Sequence record: NC_031103.1
Reading direction: 5' to 3' (one strand)
Length of the DNA stretch: 64,000 bases
Origin: Escherichia phage vB_EcoM-UFV13
The position numbers and the translations under genes are program-made. The notes beneath the pieces are model-generated. The model saw nothing but the letters and a program-made list of their open reading frames with translations. It was not told the origin of the DNA and made no database searches. Numbering within the stretch: position 1 is the stretch's first letter; each line of letters starts with the position of its first letter. Shown here in pieces: positions 59,028 through 64,000 of the stretch.

Positions 59028-59489
59028 TCATTGAGTTTTAATTACTGCTTTAGAAGCCTTTCCTGGTAAACGACGACTGTTAATAATTGCCATCCTGCAT
59101 TGAAGCGACGGGTCTTTGAACTTCGCATTAGGTTTACAAACTGTAAATCCAAGCCAAAGATTTCCATCTGTGATTTCTAAACGTCCAGGACGATATTCAA
59201 CCCCATCAATAAAATCCTCGTCAATGTCAGGACGCGGAGGCATACTTAGGAATTCATTAACTTCTAAAACATGGTCTTTTATTTTATGGAATAATTCAAA
59301 AACGTATGTCTCATCAATCTCCCGTTGAATTGCGCGATCAAGAAGATGTTGAGAATATTTTAGATGAAACGATGAGACCCCTGCTGCTTTTGATGCCTCA
59401 CGAATCTCATTGTTAATTTGACGAAACTCCGACTCAAAGTGACGACGAAGCTTATTTCGACGGATAAAAACTTCTGTGTTGATAGTCAT
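59028..59489 (-). CDS. regB: RegB endoribonuclease
   Basis: 153 aa; matches T4 RegB as recalled. Confidence 0.9.
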   Translation of the reverse strand: MTINTEVFIRRNKLRRHFESEFRQINNEIREASKAAGVSSFHLKYSQHLLDRAIQREIDETYVFELFHKIKDHVLEVNEFLSMPPRPDIDEDFIDGVEYRPGRLEITDGNLWLGFTVCKPNAKFKDPSLQCRMAIINSRRLPGKASKAVIKTQ

Positions 59490-59516
59490 GTTATTCTCCT
59501 CTTAACTGATAGAAAA

Positions 59517-59546
59517 ATTATACCACAGTCAAGAGGAAAAGTAAAC
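59517..59546 (-). promoter_or_regulatory. early promoter upstream of regB
   Basis: GTTTAC-18-TATAAT. Confidence 0.55.
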
Positions 59547-59548
59547 AG

Positions 59549-59827
59549 TTATTCTTTAAATCTAATCAATTTATTCATAGACTTTGAAACTTCTGCACGA
59601 ACCTCATGTAAGTTTTTAAGCTGTTCAAGACGCTGCTCATAGTAAGCAATTTCATCTTCTTCGAGACAGTCCTGTGAATCTTCTTTAAGATAACGCGCAT
59701 AGTCCTGGAAAGCTTTACGGACTACTTCCTGGAAATCATCAAGACTTTGAATTTTCTTAGGAGCGGCAGATACACGACGAGGTGCAGTATAATACTCATA
59801 ACCAAACCCTGCGCTTAATTGAGCCAT
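59549..59827 (-). CDS. hypothetical small helical protein
   Basis: ATG at 59827 ([13 protein letters not shown]...); TAATG coupling. Confidence 0.5.
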   Translation of the reverse strand: MAQLSAGFGYEYYTAPRRVSAAPKKIQSLDDFQEVVRKAFQDYARYLKEDSQDCLEEDEIAYYEQRLEQLKNLHEVRAEVSKSMNKLIRFKE

Positions 59828-60093
59828 TAGTATTTTTCCTCTGGTTGGAACACAGCACGACAAGCCCACATGCTGGCTTCTTTGAGTTTCGTTTTAGCAA
59901 TAGTTAACTGATCGAGACTTTCAGCATAATTCTTTGCGAATTCACAGTCTTCACACTTATCTAGTGCTTCCCAGAATTCATCATATAAAGCATCAAAGAT
60001 AAGTCCTAAACGAACTTCAGCGTCTTTAATAGCATTTACTTTACCGATTTTTTCGTCGGTATGTGGCTTATAACCTTTAATATCTTCAATCAT
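59827..60093 (-). CDS. hypothetical small helical protein
   Basis: ATG at 60093 preceded by GAGGAAG ([12 protein letters not shown]...). Confidence 0.5.
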   Translation of the reverse strand: MIEDIKGYKPHTDEKIGKVNAIKDAEVRLGLIFDALYDEFWEALDKCEDCEFAKNYAESLDQLTIAKTKLKEASMWACRAVFQPEEKY

Positions 60094-60307
60094 ATTTGAC
60101 TTCCTCACCAGTACATAAATCGTATTCAACTAAACGAATAGGTTCATGAATGCCATATCCCTGAACAGAAATTTCTGTCGTAGGATAAATTCCATTAATA
60201 TCACCCATGTTCCATGCTTCGTTAAATTGCTGTTCGCCTGAATTACTAAACCATTCGGCGAAAGCATTTAGCACATCTTTAGAACCTTCAATAATTATCT
60301 TTGCCAT
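60086..60307 (-). CDS. hypothetical small protein
   Basis: 73-aa ORF. Confidence 0.45.
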   Translation of the reverse strand: MAKIIIEGSKDVLNAFAEWFSNSGEQQFNEAWNMGDINGIYPTTEISVQGYGIHEPIRLVEYDLCTGEEVKYD

Positions 60308-60669
60308 TACAGACTCTCAGTAAAGGTACGAGCGATAACGTCGCGCTGCTGTTCCGGAGTCAGAGAGTTAAAGCGAACTGCATAACCGGATACGCGGATG
60401 GTCAGCTGCGGATATTTTTCCGGATGCTTAACTGCATCTTCCAGAGTTTCACGACGCAGAACGTTAACGTTCAGGTGTTGACCACCTTCAATTTTAACTG
60501 TAGGCTGTGGCTCAATTTCAATTTCACGGGCATGCAAACCGTAGAAAATTTCTGGGTCTACAAAAGAGTCCTCTTTAAAGGTTTTAGAGACAATAATTCG
60601 TGCTTGAATACCATCTTCAAAATAAATAGTACCTTTATGCGTGCCTTCAAGAATTTGATATGCTTTCAT
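60307..60669 (-). CDS. autonomous glycyl radical cofactor (GrcA/YfiD-like)
   Basis: C-terminal half matches E. coli YfiD/GrcA incl. RVSGYAVRF; 3' half markedly more GC-rich. Confidence 0.85.
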   Translation of the reverse strand: MKAYQILEGTHKGTIYFEDGIQARIIVSKTFKEDSFVDPEIFYGLHAREIEIEPQPTVKIEGGQHLNVNVLRRETLEDAVKHPEKYPQLTIRVSGYAVRFNSLTPEQQRDVIARTFTESL

Positions 60670-60676
60670 ATAAACC

Positions 60677-61006
60677 TCAATTAGAAAATAAATTTATCCA
60701 AGATTGTTCTTTAATTAAAAACGGCTCAGAATCATATGCCATTAAACTCTGCGTGATTAGTCCTTTAAAAGGTCCATCAATAAATTCCATGGTAAAATAT
60801 GGAATTTTATTCATTAGCCGTGCATTAGGAGCAGTACACAAAACTCTGCATCCTTTGAATACGCCTTTTTGTAATTTGTATTGCTTAGGATAAAATTCGC
60901 TCAAGACGTTGTTATTTGCCAAAATTTCAAAATGATTCACCAATTTATTTTTAATAGTTTTTGGCGAAAAATAAAGATATTCGAAAAGCTGAGTGTCTGT
61001 CATCAT
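60677..61006 (-). CDS. hypothetical protein
   Basis: Internal ATG at 61006 (MMTDTQLF...). Confidence 0.45.
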   Translation of the reverse strand: MMTDTQLFEYLYFSPKTIKNKLVNHFEILANNNVLSEFYPKQYKLQKGVFKGCRVLCTAPNARLMNKIPYFTMEFIDGPFKGLITQSLMAYDSEPFLIKEQSWINLFSN

Positions 61007-61542
61007 TGCATTCCGATTACGAAAAACTGTGGACGAGTAATACCACCAATACAACATTTAATATTACAGCAGCAGTGTACAGTGTCAATATGGACACTAT
61101 AAATCTTATCCATATCAGGAGATTTGACAGGCTCATCAATTATATACAAAATTCGCGAAAGCGATAAACCTCTGAACTTGCTTCCTTTATTACCAATAAA
61201 ACTGCGCACAGAATCAGTAAATAAACGAAAACGTATATCATCATTAGAATAACGCGAAAATTCATTTTTAATGTTATTTGCAGAAATTTTAGCGTAAGCT
61301 GAAGTATTAGAAAGAACAATAACTGTTCCGCCATCATACAACCAATTAGCAGCAAAGTTAGTCACAGCAATTGATTTACCGGATTGACGTCCACCATCTA
61401 TACGAAGTGTGCAATACTGTTTAAGTAAATCTTCAAATGGTGGGATATAATCGTTTTTACAAATTTCTTCTACTCTAGCATCAGAATGGTGTGTAAAAGC
61501 ATTCATCAGGGATAGATAAGGACCAGTTAAAAATGTTCTCAT
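61003..61542 (-). CDS. small P-loop NTPase
   Basis: Walker A GGRQSGKS, Walker B ILYIIDEP; start assumed at ATG 61542. Confidence 0.5.
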   Translation of the reverse strand: MRTFLTGPYLSLMNAFTHHSDARVEEICKNDYIPPFEDLLKQYCTLRIDGGRQSGKSIAVTNFAANWLYDGGTVIVLSNTSAYAKISANNIKNEFSRYSNDDIRFRLFTDSVRSFIGNKGSKFRGLSLSRILYIIDEPVKSPDMDKIYSVHIDTVHCCCNIKCCIGGITRPQFFVIGMQ

Positions 61543-61708
61543 TTTATTCTCTCTAAATTTGGGCCATTCCATGGCGCATGAATTGTCCATTTCTGTATTT
61601 ACCCATTACCGCACTTGGGCTCGACCTTATTACAGGTTGGCGGGAATCCCTCACAGAATCATGAGGTCCAGCTTGTTCCCATTTTATTTGAATGTAAATA
61701 GGTCTGAG

Positions 61709-62284
61709 TTAGGAATTACGGGCTGCATTAGCAACGGCGTAAGCGTACTGAACATTAGCGTCTTTAAACGTACCTTTAGAGGTATCTATTTCTGCCTTAA
61801 AGCCGCCTTTAGTCATAACATCGGCAAATTCTTTACGGAAAGCCATTGCATCAAGACTTCTCCATGATGATTTGTGCTTGGCGAATTCAAGACCAGCGTA
61901 GTTGACAGCCTTAGCTAATTTATTATCAATAACCCATTTACCAGCTTTAGGCACAAACACCGGGCCTTTCTGTTTAGAGAATAGTTTTAAATTCCAGCGA
62001 CGAAGGTCACCGTCAGCTTTAACAAAAGCTGCGTCCAAATTACTAGCAACAACATCTTGAATATGGCCAAATTTAAGCCCATCAACTTCAATATTTAGAT
62101 CGGTACGCCAGCGAAGTCCTTCCCAAGCGAAAGCTTTAAAGTCAGAAGCTTTTGTAGCTAAGTATCGTTCAATAGGGGCTGTTTTAGGGTCAAAGCCGTT
62201 TCCTCGGTAAGTCCACTCATCTTTATTAATGCCTTTGGCCTTTTCCACAGAAGCTTCAGCGATAAATTCTTTATACGTTTTCAT
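61709..62284 (-). CDS. internal protein with capsid targeting sequence (IPIII-like)
   Basis: 191 aa; N-terminal MKTYKEFIAE. Confidence 0.7.
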   Translation of the reverse strand: MKTYKEFIAEASVEKAKGINKDEWTYRGNGFDPKTAPIERYLATKASDFKAFAWEGLRWRTDLNIEVDGLKFGHIQDVVASNLDAAFVKADGDLRRWNLKLFSKQKGPVFVPKAGKWVIDNKLAKAVNYAGLEFAKHKSSWRSLDAMAFRKEFADVMTKGGFKAEIDTSKGTFKDANVQYAYAVANAARNS

Positions 62285-62298
62285 GTGTTTCCTTTATT

Positions 62299-62613
62299 TT
62301 ATTCTTTAGGGAAGTTTTTAGAATATGCATCATAAAGCTTATTTCCAATACGGCGGAAAACTCTAGCCGCAAAACGATTTTCAGGGTTTTTAATCATGAT
62401 TTGCATCATGTAAGTTCCTGCATCCGAAAGAGCTTCTTCATAGTACCCATTAATTTCTTTAAGAGTCCTACGTTTACCACCAGGACCATCAACAGTAATT
62501 TTCCATTTACCTGTAGAAGTGCGGCTCGGTGGTTCAACTTGTTCAATCCAAATATAACCGCCTTCAACGCGTTGTCCGGCGGATTCTGCAATAAATTCTT
62601 TATATGTTTTCAT
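62299..62613 (-). CDS. internal protein with capsid targeting sequence (IPII-like)
   Basis: 104 aa; N-terminal MKTYKEFIAE; own early promoter. Confidence 0.7.
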   Translation of the reverse strand: MKTYKEFIAESAGQRVEGGYIWIEQVEPPSRTSTGKWKITVDGPGGKRRTLKEINGYYEEALSDAGTYMMQIMIKNPENRFAARVFRRIGNKLYDAYSKNFPKE

Positions 62614-62643
62614 TTTTGTTTCCTTGTTTGTTTTGATAGAGTA

Positions 62644-62673
62644 ATTATACCATATTAATACTTAAGCGTAAAC
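62644..62673 (-). promoter_or_regulatory. early promoter upstream of IPII-like gene
   Basis: GTTTAC-18-TATAAT. Confidence 0.55.
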
Positions 62674-62676
62674 AAT

Positions 62677-62935
62677 TTAAGCTTTACCGCCAGAAATAAT
62701 TCCGAAGTTGTTAAAATCGTATCCAATATCGTCAACATCTACTTTAGTACTTGCTACAACATAAGCAATTTCACTACGTTTTGCATAGGTGTTGATTTCT
62801 TTACCATCGCCACCTAAGAAAGTACCCATTACGTTTTAATGAGCCAAAGTCTTCCGCATCACCAATGAAAGCTTTAACTTTAAATTTAGGACCTTTGGCA
62901 TCTGCTTCAACGATAAATTCTTGATACATTTTCAT
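62677..62935 (-). pseudogene. internal-protein-like gene with apparent +1 frameshift
   Basis: MKMYQEFIVE... terminates after 44 codons; reading continues in another frame to 62677; shift near C-run about 62825-62827. Confidence 0.45.
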
Positions 62936-62941
62936 TTTTCC

Positions 62942-63355
62942 TTAGTAAATTGATTTACCATAGTATTTGTACCAAGTCGGACGTTGAGCAATTTTTTCAT
63001 CTAAGCGTGCTTGACTTATCGCAATGGACGCTTCAGACGGGACGTAATTATTACGAAATTCTACAGGAATGTCGGAAATATCCTGGACTGTCGTGTCCTT
63101 GATTTTGAAACCACGTTTCAAACATTCAGCGATTAGCTCGATTTGACGTAAACGTAAAAATTCGAGTTTGTCGTAAAAGAATGTTACGTGACCTGTGCCT
63201 AAGATAAATGTTGGAGAGATTTTAAAATCCTTTACACGTTTACCGTTTTGAACATGTTTACGGACTGCACCAAATACGCGTGGTAATTCACGATACTCAG
63301 CCATAAGATGTTGGTCGGTCAGTTCAGAAACAAGTGTTAAATTGATACGAGTCAT
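62942..63355 (-). CDS. denV: endonuclease V (pyrimidine dimer DNA glycosylase)
   Basis: ATG at 63355 gives [12 protein letters not shown]...; matches T4 endo V. Confidence 0.9.
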   Translation of the reverse strand: MTRINLTLVSELTDQHLMAEYRELPRVFGAVRKHVQNGKRVKDFKISPTFILGTGHVTFFYDKLEFLRLRQIELIAECLKRGFKIKDTTVQDISDIPVEFRNNYVPSEASIAISQARLDEKIAQRPTWYKYYGKSIY

Positions 63356-63382
63356 AATTTCCTCCAAGTAGTTGATGAATGT

Positions 63383-63412
63383 ATAGTATCAAAACCCTTG
63401 GAGGAAGTAAAC
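63383..63412 (-). promoter_or_regulatory. early promoter upstream of denV
   Basis: GTTTAC-18-TACTAT. Confidence 0.55.
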
Positions 63413-63413
63413 A

Positions 63414-64000
<587 letters not shown>

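Overview
The window reads as the early-gene arm of a T4-like (T-even, Tequatrovirus-type) coliphage, collinear with the T4 map from rIIA to the 3' end of lysozyme gene e. Almost every gene is on the minus strand, tightly packed, often with ATGA or TAATG stop/start overlaps. Recognisable landmarks in order are rIIA, gene 39, dexA, dda, modA/modB, soc, 56, 61, sp, dmd, 41, 40, uvsX, a glycosyltransferase, 42, imm, 43, regA, 62, 44, 45, rpbA, 46, 47, alpha-gt, 55, nrdH, nrdG, nrdD, 49, nrdC, rI, tk, regB, denV and e. Several of these are near-identical to the T4 proteins as I recall them. Between the landmarks are many small early ORFs of unknown function. Transcription signals are visible directly: about 20 early promoters (GTTTAC, ~18 nt, TATAAT or TACTAT), three MotA-box middle promoters, one late TATAAATA promoter before soc, and about ten intercistronic CUUCGG-type RNA hairpins. 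Differences from T4 as I remember it: gene 39 is unsplit, nrdD has no intron, no homing-endonuclease (mob/seg) genes are visible, a GT-A fold glycosyltransferase sits where T4 has beta-gt, no dam-like ORF is present, and the internal-protein locus around denV is rearranged and includes an apparently frameshifted copy. The most unexplained content is the nrdC-to-rI accessory block (about 44.8 to 55.8 kb): a four-member coiled-coil paralog family, a nucleotidyltransferase-like protein next to a P-loop ATPase, and tandem duplicated small proteins. No rRNA, tRNA, CRISPR array or transposable element was found. CDS coordinates follow the supplied ORF track, with starts moved to an internal ATG where a Shine-Dalgarno sequence or a known T4 length supports it. 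The track translates GTG/TTG first codons as M, so unrefined starts are uncertain. Promoter, hairpin and small-ORF coordinates were read by eye and may be off by 1-2 nt. The sequence contains several N bases, so it is a draft.
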